This document shows positions 1 through 7,760 of a DNA stretch of 64,000 nt, piece after piece. Under the pieces are notes generated by a model. The model was not told the origin of the DNA. It made no database searches and worked only from the letters and a program-made list of their open reading frames with translations. The DNA is from an uncultured Actinomycetota bacterium (lineage in GTDB: Bacteria > Actinomycetota > Actinomycetes > Actinomycetales > Dermatophilaceae). Each line of letters begins with the position of its first letter. The stretch's first letter is position 1. A program made the translations under genes and the position numbers. The DNA lies in the NCBI GenBank assembly GCA_963749585.1, contig CAVVNI010000003.1, forward strand, positions 550,695-614,694, in the 5' to 3' direction.

Positions 1-668
1 GCCGCGTCGGCCTCGGGGATGGCTACCGCCAGGTGGGTGGCCTCGTAGCGGGCAGCGACCGATGCGATGTCCCGGCGCCCTCCGCGGACCGGCACGCCCT
101 CGATGCGCAGCTTGCGCTTTCCCTTGTCGTCGTCGATGAACGCCACCGGCCGGAAGGGTGACTGGTCGTCGAGCAGCATGCTCTGGACCAGGCGTCGCCC
201 GGCCACTCCCGCCCCGAAGACCAGCACCCGAGACTCGGCCTTCCGACGAGCCCTGCTTCGCTCTCTGGAGGCGCGCACCACGAAGCGCGCGGCCATCATC
301 AGGATCAATGCGATAGCCCCGCCGAAGGCCGGCACGGAACGAGGCACCCCCGGCGGGCTGAAGACCAGGACCCAGCACATCAGCACCAGGCCCGTGACCA
401 GCGCCGACCGGGCAACCCCACGTACTTCGTCGAACGAGCCTCGAACATGGCTGACCAGGTAGGGGCCAAAAAGTGTGCCCACGAGCAGGTGTATGGCCAC
501 CGCCGCTAAGGCGGCGGACTCGATGCTCATGGTGAACGTGGACTCGAAATCATACTGGTATCGAATCCAGGCCGTTGAGATAACGGCGATGATCCAACAC
601 AAAGCATCGATCAACATCCACGTGAAACGTATGAAAATCTCACGCGGTGATACGGAAATAATGGACAC
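1..668 (-). CDS. CapD/PglF-like polysaccharide biosynthesis protein (membrane N-terminus plus start of the NDP-sugar epimerase/dehydratase Rossmann domain). The 3' end runs off the window.
   Basis: Absent from the ORF track because it has no stop inside the window. My hand translation of the minus strand from GTG at 668 gives VSIISVSPREIFIRFTWMLIDALCWIIAV..., several hydrophobic helices, then RVLVFGAGVAGRRLVQSMLLD...FRPVAFIDDDKGKRKLRIEGVPV (GxGxxG plus IDDD motif typical of this family). GGGGAG lies 6 nt upstream of the GTG. Confidence 0.7.
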   Translation of the reverse strand, partial: MSIISVSPREIFIRFTWMLIDALCWIIAVISTAWIRYQYDFESTFTMSIESAALAAVAIHLLVGTLFGPYLVSHVRGSFDEVRGVARSALVTGLVLMCWVLVFSPPGVPRSVPAFGGAIALILMMAARFVVRASRERSRARRKAESRVLVFGAGVAGRRLVQSMLLDDQSPFRPVAFIDDDKGKRKLRIEGVPVRGGRRDIASVAARYEATHLAVAIPEADA

Positions 669-706
669 ACTAAACTCCCCGAACGATGTGCTCTCGCAAC
701 ACCACC

Positions 707-734
707 AGCCTATAGGGGAATCTGATCTTGACAA
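707..734 (-). promoter_or_regulatory. Candidate sigma-70-type promoter for the CapD-like gene
   Basis: On the minus strand: TTGTCA (complement of 729-734), a 16-nt spacer, then TAGGCT (complement of 707-712, fits actinobacterial TAnnnT). About 35 nt upstream of GTG 668, inside a low-GC intergenic patch. Confidence 0.25.
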
Positions 735-790
735 CTTGTTCAATCTTTACCGAACCAAGAACAAACAGTGCGAAGAAAAGGGAGGTTCTT

Positions 791-1135
791 CTAGGTCAGA
801 GCGATGAGAGCAAGGCTGCTCAGCCCCAGGCTCCAGCACACGCCCACCAGGCAGGCCATCGGAACGGGATTGACCGGTAGCCGCTCAAAGTGAATTGCCG
901 CCACCGCAACGCGTATTCGGTGCTGCTGGGTGGCCGCGATGATCACCGCCGCCACCAGGGTCACCGCCGGCAGCACCAGCAGGGGCACGCCGTACACCGG
1001 GAGCCATCGGATCAGGAACGCGCTGACGATGCAGCACGCCAGGGCGGTGCGCGACCACGCCATCGTGGTGCGCTCCGGCTGGAGGCCCGGGTCGAGATGG
1101 GCCGCCGTATGCCGGTGGTGCGCCGAAGGGGACAC
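791..1135 (-). CDS. DUF202 (YidH-like) small membrane protein
   Basis: 114-aa ORF with the ERTTMAWSRTALA motif (ERT-x-LAW-x-RT of DUF202) followed by hydrophobic helices. GTG start lies 6 nt after the stop of the upstream DUF202 gene. Confidence 0.75.
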   Translation of the reverse strand: MSPSAHHRHTAAHLDPGLQPERTTMAWSRTALACCIVSAFLIRWLPVYGVPLLVLPAVTLVAAVIIAATQQHRIRVAVAAIHFERLPVNPVPMACLVGVCWSLGLSSLALIALT

Positions 1136-1141
1136 AGGGGT

Positions 1142-1564
1142 TCAGCCGGTGGCCACGACGACGATGACGACGAGTGCGCCGAGCGCGGCCCCGAGCCCCA
1201 GGACCGGGGCGATCAGCGGCAACGGCAGGGGCGCTTCGTGGCGCATGGCCCGTTCCACCCCGATCCACCGCATGAAGGCGCCCCCGCTGACAAACATGCC
1301 CAACACCAAAAGCAAGATGGCCACGCCCTTGCCGTATGGATCTTCCAGCACAGCGAAAGCATCCACCGCGATGCCGCCGGCAAGCAGCGCTAGGGCTGTC
1401 CTGATCCACGACAGAAAAGTGCGCTCGTTGGCCAGGCTGAACCGCGGGTCCGGAGCCGCGCCGTCGGGAAAGATCTGCCGGGCCAGCCATCCGTGCCGAT
1501 CACTGCGCTCCGTGCTCTCAGGCTCGCCGGTCAGGCTTTGGTCCGGGATGGGTGCCACAGACAT
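1142..1564 (-). CDS. DUF202 (YidH family) membrane protein
   Basis: 140-aa ORF with LANERTFLSWIRTALALLAGG and three predicted TM helices. Confidence 0.8.
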   Translation of the reverse strand: MSVAPIPDQSLTGEPESTERSDRHGWLARQIFPDGAAPDPRFSLANERTFLSWIRTALALLAGGIAVDAFAVLEDPYGKGVAILLLVLGMFVSGGAFMRWIGVERAMRHEAPLPLPLIAPVLGLGAALGALVVIVVVATG

Positions 1565-1644
1565 ACATTATCCCTCGGAAGGTTCTGGCCCCGGTAGTCG
1601 TTGAGCGGGGGACCGTTGTCAGAAAAGGACGAGGAGTAAGAGTC

Positions 1645-2652
1645 GTGGCGCAGACGTCATACGTAGAGGACAGCTTCAAGCGAGACACCCGATATATCCA
1701 GACTCGCATCACGCAAGACGGCGAAGACAGCGGATATGCCGTCGAGCCGGGCCGTTACCGTCTGATCGTCAGCCGGGCCTGCCCGTGGGCTCATCGCACC
1801 GTGGTGTCTCGTCGTCTGCTGGGCCTCGAAGGTGCCCTGTCGATGGGCATCTGCGGCCCCGTGCACGACGAGAACAGCTGGACCTTCGACCTCGACCCCG
1901 GCCACCGTGACCCGGTGCTCGGCATACCTCGGCTCAAGGACGCCTATGAGGCGCGGCCAGAGGGCTATAAGCCAGGCGTCACTGTGCCGGCTCTGGTGGA
2001 GATCGAGAGCGGCCAGGTCGTGACCAACGACTTCCGGCAGATCACTGAGGACTTCGCAACCCAGTGGACCAGCCTGCATCGCGACGGGGCTCCGGACCTC
2101 TACCCCGAAGCCTTGCGTGAAGAGATCGACGAAGTGTCCAAGCCGATTTACGAAGAGGTCAACAACGGGGTCTACCGGTGCGGTTTCGCTGGCACTCAGC
2201 AGGCATACGAAGAAGCCTACGACCAGCTTTTCTCGCGGCTGGACGCCGTCTCGCAGCGGCTAGAGAACCGCCGCTACCTGGTGGGTGACCACATCACCGA
2301 GGCCGACATCCGGTTGTGGACCACCCTGGTGCGGTTCGACGCGGTGTACCACGGGCACTTCAAGTGCAATCGCAACAAGCTCTCGGAGATGCCAGTGCTC
2401 TGGGCCTACGCACGTGACCTGTTCCAGACGCCAGGGTTCGGCGACACCGTGGACTTCGCCCAGATCAAAGCTCACTACTACGCGACCCACCTCGACATCA
2501 ACCCGACCGGAGTCATCCCGGCGGGCCCGTTGGAACAGGTGTGGAGGACCGAGCACCATCGAGCCGAGCTGGGTGGCTCACCGTTCGGGGACGGCACGCC
2601 CCCGTCCGAGCCGGACCCAGCCGAGAAGGTGCCTGCGCTGGCGGGTTCCTAG
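1645..2652 (+). CDS. yqjG: Glutathionyl-hydroquinone reductase (Xi-class glutathione S-transferase, YqjG/ECM4 family)
   Basis: GRYRLIVSRACPWAHRTVVSRRLLGLE (Cys-Pro-Trp-Ala active-site motif), VPALV...TNDFRQI, NGVYRCGFA, RYL..D.ITEADIRLWTTLVRFD.VYHGHFKCN. The track ORF starts at 1552, but GTG 1645 is preceded by GAGGAG (1631-1636) and avoids overlapping the upstream gene. Confidence 0.85.
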   Translation: MAQTSYVEDSFKRDTRYIQTRITQDGEDSGYAVEPGRYRLIVSRACPWAHRTVVSRRLLGLEGALSMGICGPVHDENSWTFDLDPGHRDPVLGIPRLKDAYEARPEGYKPGVTVPALVEIESGQVVTNDFRQITEDFATQWTSLHRDGAPDLYPEALREEIDEVSKPIYEEVNNGVYRCGFAGTQQAYEEAYDQLFSRLDAVSQRLENRRYLVGDHITEADIRLWTTLVRFDAVYHGHFKCNRNKLSEMPVLWAYARDLFQTPGFGDTVDFAQIKAHYYATHLDINPTGVIPAGPLEQVWRTEHHRAELGGSPFGDGTPPSEPDPAEKVPALAGS

Positions 2653-2657
2653 CCAGC

Positions 2658-2686
2658 GTCGCTGGCCGAGTGACTCGGCCAGCGAC
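2658..2686. terminator. Perfect 29-nt palindrome (14-bp arms, 1-nt centre) between convergent genes; terminator-like hairpin without a U-tract
   Basis: GTCGCTGGCCGAGT g ACTCGGCCAGCGAC, read directly. It sits between the yqjG stop (2652) and the aldo/keto reductase stop (2701). Confidence 0.5.
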
Positions 2687-2700
2687 CGCCTGCCGCGTGA

Positions 2701-3711
2701 CTAGACCGGCCGCTGCTTCGGCGCGAGCTCCGCAGTCTTCTTCGGATCCTTCTCGACAATCTTTCCGAGCGCCTTGTCGATCGCCTTCATCGTGGACTTG
2801 TCCAGTCTCACGCCCGCCGCCTTCACGTTCTCGCCGACCTGCTCGGGCCGCGAGGCACCTACCAAGGCCGACGCTACGTTGTCGTTCTGCAACACCCACG
2901 CGATCGCGAGCTGAGCCATCGACAGCTCAGCCTTCTCGGCAATGGGCTCCAGTTTCTGGACACGGGACAGGACATCGTCGTTCATGAACCGCTTGATCAT
3001 GTCCGCGCCGCCTTTTTCGTCGGCCGCGCGTGAGCCCGCGGGTGGCTCGGCGCCGGGCTGGTACTTGCCCGAGAGCACACCTTGAGCCATCGGGCTCCAC
3101 ACGATCTGGCTGACCCCCACCTCGCGCGACGTCGGCACCACCTCCTCCTCGATGACCCTCCACAGCATCGAGTACTGAGGCTGGCTGGAGATGAGCTGGA
3201 AGCCCATCTCCCGGGACATCTCGACGCCGGCGCGGATCTGGTCGGCCGTCCACTCGCTCACCCCGATGTACAGCGCCTTGCCCTGGCGTACGACGTCGGC
3301 AAAAGCCTGCATCGTCTCCTCCAGCGGCGTCTCGGTGTCGTACCGGTGTGCCTGATAGAGGTCGACATAGTCGGTCTGCAGGCGCCGCAGCGAACCGTTG
3401 ATCGACTCCATGATGTGCTTGCGTGACAGGCCGGTGTCGTTCTTGCCCAGTGGGCCGGTGGGCCAGTACACCTTGGTGAAGATCTCCAGGCTTTCCCGGC
3501 GTTCCCCCTTCAGTGCCTCGCCGAGCACCGACTCGGCGACCGTGTTCGCATAGACGTCAGCGGTGTCGAACGTCGAGATGCCCGCATCAAGCGCTGCGCG
3601 CACACATTGGGTGGCCACGTCGTTCTCCACCTGGGAGCCGTGGGTCAGCCAGTTGCCGTACGTGATTTCGGAGATCTTGAGTCCGCTGTTGCCGAGGTAT
3701 CGAAATTTCAT
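2701..3711 (-). CDS. Aldo/keto reductase (Kv-beta-like AKR family)
   Basis: MKFRYLGNSGLKISEITYGNWLTHG..., FDTADVYANT..ESVLGEAL, DYVDLYQAHRYD, GKALYIGVSEW. The track ORF 2701..4233 is a long upstream extension; homology begins at ATG 3711. Confidence 0.9.
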   Translation of the reverse strand: MKFRYLGNSGLKISEITYGNWLTHGSQVENDVATQCVRAALDAGISTFDTADVYANTVAESVLGEALKGERRESLEIFTKVYWPTGPLGKNDTGLSRKHIMESINGSLRRLQTDYVDLYQAHRYDTETPLEETMQAFADVVRQGKALYIGVSEWTADQIRAGVEMSREMGFQLISSQPQYSMLWRVIEEEVVPTSREVGVSQIVWSPMAQGVLSGKYQPGAEPPAGSRAADEKGGADMIKRFMNDDVLSRVQKLEPIAEKAELSMAQLAIAWVLQNDNVASALVGASRPEQVGENVKAAGVRLDKSTMKAIDKALGKIVEKDPKKTAELAPKQRPV

Positions 3712-3873
3712 AAGCCCCACGCTACGTCGCTGGTGCCGGCGTGTCCCCAGGGGGCGCCCGACCCCCACTGGTGCAGGCTGACTCCCTGCGCTGATGTGGA
3801 GGCGGTCGTACCGTAGGACGATGAACCAGCTCGAGGCGATCAGCCGGCGCCGCGCAGGAACCGCCCTGGGTCG

Positions 3874-4362
3874 ATGACGATGAGGCCCCCAGTGCAGTAC
3901 GTAGGAGTGGTCGGGCCGGGGACGGATGCGACCGCTGATGTTCTTGAGCTCGCGAGCGAGGTCGGCCGGCTGTTGGCCAAGAACGGGCGGATCGTCGTCA
4001 CCGGGGGTCTGGGTGGCGTGATGGAGGCAGCCAGTGGCGGCGCTGCCGGGGTGGGCGGGGTGACCCTGGGGTTGCTCCCCGGCGACACCCGCACCGAGGC
4101 GAACCCGCACCTCAGCATCGCGATCCCGACCGGCATGGGGGAGATGCGCAATGCGCTGCTGGTGCGCACCTGTGACGCCGTCATCTCGGTCGGCGGGTCC
4201 TGGGGCACGCTCAGCGAGATTGCCCTGGCGCACCGCAGCGGAGTGCCCGTGGTCTGCTTGGCCGGGTGGGATCTTCCGTCAGGACCGCAGGAGTCCGGTC
4301 CGCAGCTCGCCGCGACGCCGCTGGAGGCGGTGCAGTTCGCGGTGCTCGCGACCCGCCGCTGA
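3874..4362 (+). CDS. TIGR00725 / LOG-like (SLOG) Rossmann-fold protein
   Basis: VGVVGPG...LA.EVGRLLAKNGRIVVTGGLGGVMEAAS.GA, IPTGMGEMRN.LLVR..DAVISVGGSWGTLSEIA. Confidence 0.75.
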   Translation: MTMRPPVQYVGVVGPGTDATADVLELASEVGRLLAKNGRIVVTGGLGGVMEAASGGAAGVGGVTLGLLPGDTRTEANPHLSIAIPTGMGEMRNALLVRTCDAVISVGGSWGTLSEIALAHRSGVPVVCLAGWDLPSGPQESGPQLAATPLEAVQFAVLATRR

Positions 4363-4406
4363 GGTATCCGCGACTCAGGTCCTCCTGATCCACACGCGCC
4401 CATCGT

Positions 4407-4421
4407 TCATCAAAGTTGACA
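4407..4421 (+). promoter_or_regulatory. Candidate Zur box upstream of znuA
   Basis: TGACAAtggTTATCA is an imperfect inverted repeat (TGAyAA-N3-TTrTCA) in an AT-richer stretch 32 nt upstream of ATG 4453. It matches 12 of 17 positions of my recollection of the actinobacterial Zur consensus TTGAAAATnATTTTCAA. Confidence 0.5.
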
Positions 4422-4452
4422 ATGGTTATCATTTCGGACAAGACTGCACGCT

Positions 4453-5433
4453 ATGTCTCCTGCATGGTGTACCCGCCTGGCCGTCCTCGCCGCGGCGCCT
4501 CTCGCTCTCTCGGCGTGTGGGGGGTCGCAGGACCCGACGCCGGCTTCGGGGCAGGAGCCTGAGCCGATGAACGTGGTCGTGAGCTTCTACCCGTTAGAGT
4601 TCGCGGCCGAGCGCATCGTCGGTGGGGAGGCCAGCGTGGAGACCTTGACCTCACCCGGTGTCGACCCGCACGATGCTGAGCTGAGTCCGCGGAGTGTGGC
4701 CGGGGTTCAGCAGGCCGACCTCGTGATCTACTCCTCCGGTCTGCAACCGGCAGTCGACCAAGCGGTCGAGGGCCAAGCCAGTGACCATGCCTTCGACGTC
4801 AACGACGCAGCGGACCTGGTCGAGACGTCCGAGCAAGAAGAACACGACCACGATCATGACGACGCGGACGCTCACGAGCAGGAGGAGCAGACCGACGAGC
4901 ACGACCCCGGGGGCGTCGACCCGCACTTCTGGTTGGACCCCGAGCGGATGGCAAGCGTGTCCGAGGAGATCGCCGATCAGCTGAGCCAAGCCGACCCTGA
5001 CAACGCAGAGGTCTATCAGGCCAACGTCGAGGAGCTGGTGGCCGAGTTGACCGCGCTCACACAGGAGTACGACACCGGCTTGTCCTCGTGCGCTCAGGAA
5101 GACATGATCACCACGCACGAGGCTTTCGGCTACATCGCGCGGCCGTACGGACTGCACCAGATAAGCATCACTGGCCTGACGCCGGACTCCGAGCCCTCGC
5201 CCGCACGGCTGGCCGAGGTCAGCGAGATCGTCGAAACTTCGGGCAGCAGCACCGTGTACTCCGAGGTGCTGCTGGGTGCTGACATCGCACAGACCGTGGC
5301 CAACGAGACCGGAGCCCAGGTCGCAGTCCTGGACCCCATCGAGGGTGTGAGTGACGCTTCGCCGGGGGAGGACTACTTTGAGATCATGCGAGCCAACCTG
5401 GAGGTCCTGCGCGAGGGCCAGGGCTGCTCGTGA
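4453..5433 (+). CDS. znuA: Zinc ABC transporter substrate-binding lipoprotein
   Basis: Lipobox LALSACGG; VVVSFYPLEF...GVDPHD.ELSP; acidic His-rich loop EQEEHDHDHDDADAHEQEEQTDEHD; DPHFWLDP. Confidence 0.9.
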   Translation: MSPAWCTRLAVLAAAPLALSACGGSQDPTPASGQEPEPMNVVVSFYPLEFAAERIVGGEASVETLTSPGVDPHDAELSPRSVAGVQQADLVIYSSGLQPAVDQAVEGQASDHAFDVNDAADLVETSEQEEHDHDHDDADAHEQEEQTDEHDPGGVDPHFWLDPERMASVSEEIADQLSQADPDNAEVYQANVEELVAELTALTQEYDTGLSSCAQEDMITTHEAFGYIARPYGLHQISITGLTPDSEPSPARLAEVSEIVETSGSSTVYSEVLLGADIAQTVANETGAQVAVLDPIEGVSDASPGEDYFEIMRANLEVLREGQGCS

Positions 5434-6296
5434 ACACCGGCCCCGAGGGCGTCGCGTCCGGTGAGACCCGCCCCTCTCAGACAGCAACGGTGGTGTCGGC
5501 ACGCTCGGCTGCCTTCGGATATGCCGGGCGTTCCGTGGTCGCCGACCTCACTCTCGAGATGGTCTCCGGTGAAGTGTTGGCGCTGCTGGGGCCGAACGGA
5601 TCCGGCAAGTCCACCGTGGTGCGCGGGCTACTCGGACTCAACGACCATCTGGCCGGAGATGTCGAGGTGCTCGGGGCCCCGGTGACCCGGCGCAGTGACC
5701 GCAGCCAGCTGGGATACGTGCCACAACGTCATACCCTGTCCGGTTCGGTGCGCTCCACGGTCCGCGAGGTGGTCTCCACCGGGCGGCTACCGCACCGACG
5801 TTGGTGGCAGCCGGCGAGCCGCCGGGATCACCTGCTGGTGACCGAAGCCCTGGCAACGGTCGATCTGCTCGACCGCGCCAAGGCCGACGTTGCCACCCTG
5901 TCCGGGGGGCAACAACGGCGGGTGCTCATCGCCCGGGCCCTGGTGGGCGAGCCAGCACTGCTGATCATGGATGAGCCCACGGCCGGGGTGGATCACGCCT
6001 CGCAGGAGGGGCTGGTGAACGTGCTGCGCCGGTTGGTGGACACCGGAGTCACGATGCTGGTGGTCACGCACGAGCTGGCTGCCCTGGCCGGCGTGGTGGA
6101 CCACATCGTCGAGATGGACTCTGGTCGAGTGGTCTTCGACGGGACTCCGGATGACTATGCCTCCCATCTGGGCGCTGTCGCGCAGCGGGCCCGACGCACC
6201 GGCGGGGAGCACCACGACGAGTTGGACCATCCCGAGCACCAGCTCATGCGTGGCCCCTATGACGCCCCGGCGACACAGTCACAGAGTCGACGATGA
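5430..6296 (+). CDS. znuC: Zinc ABC transporter ATP-binding protein
   Basis: Walker A GPNGSGKST, signature LSGGQQRRV, Walker B LLIMDEPTAGVD. Its GTG overlaps the znuA stop (GTGA). Confidence 0.9.
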   Translation: MNTGPEGVASGETRPSQTATVVSARSAAFGYAGRSVVADLTLEMVSGEVLALLGPNGSGKSTVVRGLLGLNDHLAGDVEVLGAPVTRRSDRSQLGYVPQRHTLSGSVRSTVREVVSTGRLPHRRWWQPASRRDHLLVTEALATVDLLDRAKADVATLSGGQQRRVLIARALVGEPALLIMDEPTAGVDHASQEGLVNVLRRLVDTGVTMLVVTHELAALAGVVDHIVEMDSGRVVFDGTPDDYASHLGAVAQRARRTGGEHHDELDHPEHQLMRGPYDAPATQSQSRR

Positions 6297-7348
6297 GCGA
6301 CATCCTGGCGCTGGACTTCATGCGCTACGCCCTGTTGGCCGCCTTCTTCGTGGGGTTGTCCGCGCCGCTGGTGGGGATTTTCCTGGTGCAGCGGCGACTG
6401 TCGCTGATCGGCGACGGGATGGGCCATGTCGCGCTCGCCGGAGTTGCGGTGGGTGTCCTGCTCGATCAGCAACCGCTGCTCACCGCACTGGTCGCGGCGA
6501 TGGCGGCGGGCATCGGGATCGAGCTGATCCGGATGCGGGGACGTACCAGCGGCGACGTGGCCCTGGCGATCATGTTCTACGGCGGGATCGCCGCCGGGGT
6601 GGTCATCATCAACAAGGTGGACGGTAGTCAGACGTCCAACCTGACCGGCTACCTGTTCGGTGCCATCACCACGACGACGCCTGCTGACCTGGTGGTGTTC
6701 GGCCTGTTGTCCGCCGTCATTGTCATGGCGACGACGGTGCTGCGACAGCGCTTCTTCGCGGTCGCCGGGGACGAGGAATACTCCCGGGCCAGTGGTCTGC
6801 AGGTGACCTTTCTCAATCTTTTGCTGGCGGCCCTGACCGCGATCACCGTGGTGGTGGCGATGCGGGTTGTGGGGCTGCTGCTGATCAGTGCCTTGATGAT
6901 CGTGCCCAATGCCGCCGCCCAGCAGGTGGCTCGGAGCTTTCGGGGCGCGCTCTGGTGGGCCTCAGGATTTGGCGTGCTGGCAGGGGTCGGTGGTGTGGTG
7001 ACGTCCTTCTACGCCGACACCGCGACCGGAGGAACGATCGTGCTGCTGGCCATCGCCATCTTCGCTGTGGTCGTAGTGGGCCGCGCGATCGCAAGCCCCA
7101 TTCTCGCGCGTAGGCATCGGATGGCCGAGCGGCACGACCACGAGCACGGGATCGACTGTGGCCATCCGGCGGTAGTGCACAAAGACCATGTGGACTATCT
7201 GCACGACGGTCATCGACATGCGGCGCACGGGGGACACTATGACGAGCATCACGACGACGCACAGCATGAGAGCCCACACGACGACAACCAGCACGATGAC
7301 AACGACAACGACGAACGGATCGAACCAGTGAAGCGAGGCCGCCGATGA
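6293..7348 (+). CDS. znuB: Zinc ABC transporter permease with a C-terminal His/Asp-rich tail of about 80 aa
   Basis: Polytopic membrane protein of the ZnuB/MntB type (FMRYALLAA...LVGIFLVQRRLSLIGDGMGH). ATGA overlap with znuC. The tail reads RHDHEHGIDCGHPAVVHKDHVDYLHDGHRHAAHGGHYDEHHDDAQHESPHDDNQHDDNDND. Confidence 0.9.
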   Translation: MSDILALDFMRYALLAAFFVGLSAPLVGIFLVQRRLSLIGDGMGHVALAGVAVGVLLDQQPLLTALVAAMAAGIGIELIRMRGRTSGDVALAIMFYGGIAAGVVIINKVDGSQTSNLTGYLFGAITTTTPADLVVFGLLSAVIVMATTVLRQRFFAVAGDEEYSRASGLQVTFLNLLLAALTAITVVVAMRVVGLLLISALMIVPNAAAQQVARSFRGALWWASGFGVLAGVGGVVTSFYADTATGGTIVLLAIAIFAVVVVGRAIASPILARRHRMAERHDHEHGIDCGHPAVVHKDHVDYLHDGHRHAAHGGHYDEHHDDAQHESPHDDNQHDDNDNDERIEPVKRGRR

Positions 7349-7731
7349 CCCCGACGACCCGGCGTCCCACCCGTCAGCAGACCGCGGTCGCGGCGCGCCT
7401 CGGCGAGATCGAGGACTTCACCTCGGCCCAGGACTTGCACGCCCGGATGCGCACCGCCGGTGAGAGCATCGGGCTGGCCACCGTCTACCGCACGCTCACC
7501 GCCCTGGCGGCAGCCGGGGAGGTCGACGTGTTGCGCACCGATGACGGCGAGGCGGCATATCGGATGTGCAGCACCGGTCACCACCACCATTTGGTATGCC
7601 GCGACTGCGGCCGCACCGTGGAGATCGAGGGCCCAACCGTGGAGCAGTGGACCGAGCGAGTCGCGGCCGAGCACGGCTTCCACGATGTCGCACATACCTT
7701 GGAGATCTTCGGCACCTGCTCCGAGCACTGA
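7345..7731 (+). CDS. zur: Fur-family zinc uptake regulator
   Basis: FTSAQDLH..M......IGLATVYRTL..L, HHHHLVCRDCGR..E, HTLEIFG.C. ATGA overlap with znuB makes it the last gene of the operon. Confidence 0.85.
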   Translation: MTPTTRRPTRQQTAVAARLGEIEDFTSAQDLHARMRTAGESIGLATVYRTLTALAAAGEVDVLRTDDGEAAYRMCSTGHHHHLVCRDCGRTVEIEGPTVEQWTERVAAEHGFHDVAHTLEIFGTCSEH

Positions 7732-7760
7732 CTGACCCCGACGTAGACGATGATGGTCTG

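Noticed and set aside
885-1490. Long ORFs overlapping recognised genes on the opposite strand or in another frame. Examples: 885..1490 here, and also 15961..17067, 27290..28537, 35969..37345, 42722..43798, 52669..53751, 57076..57906 and 62420..63109.
   Set aside because: These are typical high-GC shadow ORFs. Their translations are Arg/Pro/Gly/His-rich and low in complexity. Each fully overlaps a gene with clear family motifs, and none has motifs I recognise.
2701-4233. Very long N-terminal extensions in the ORF track (2701..4233, 7566..8909, 20382..22328, 35893..37488, 42071..44401, 44217..45776, 45811..46647, 46771..48408).
   Set aside because: In each case family-typical sequence starts at an internal ATG or GTG, often with a Shine-Dalgarno-like element. 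The upstream extension overlaps a neighbouring gene or reads as low-complexity sequence, so I used the internal starts.
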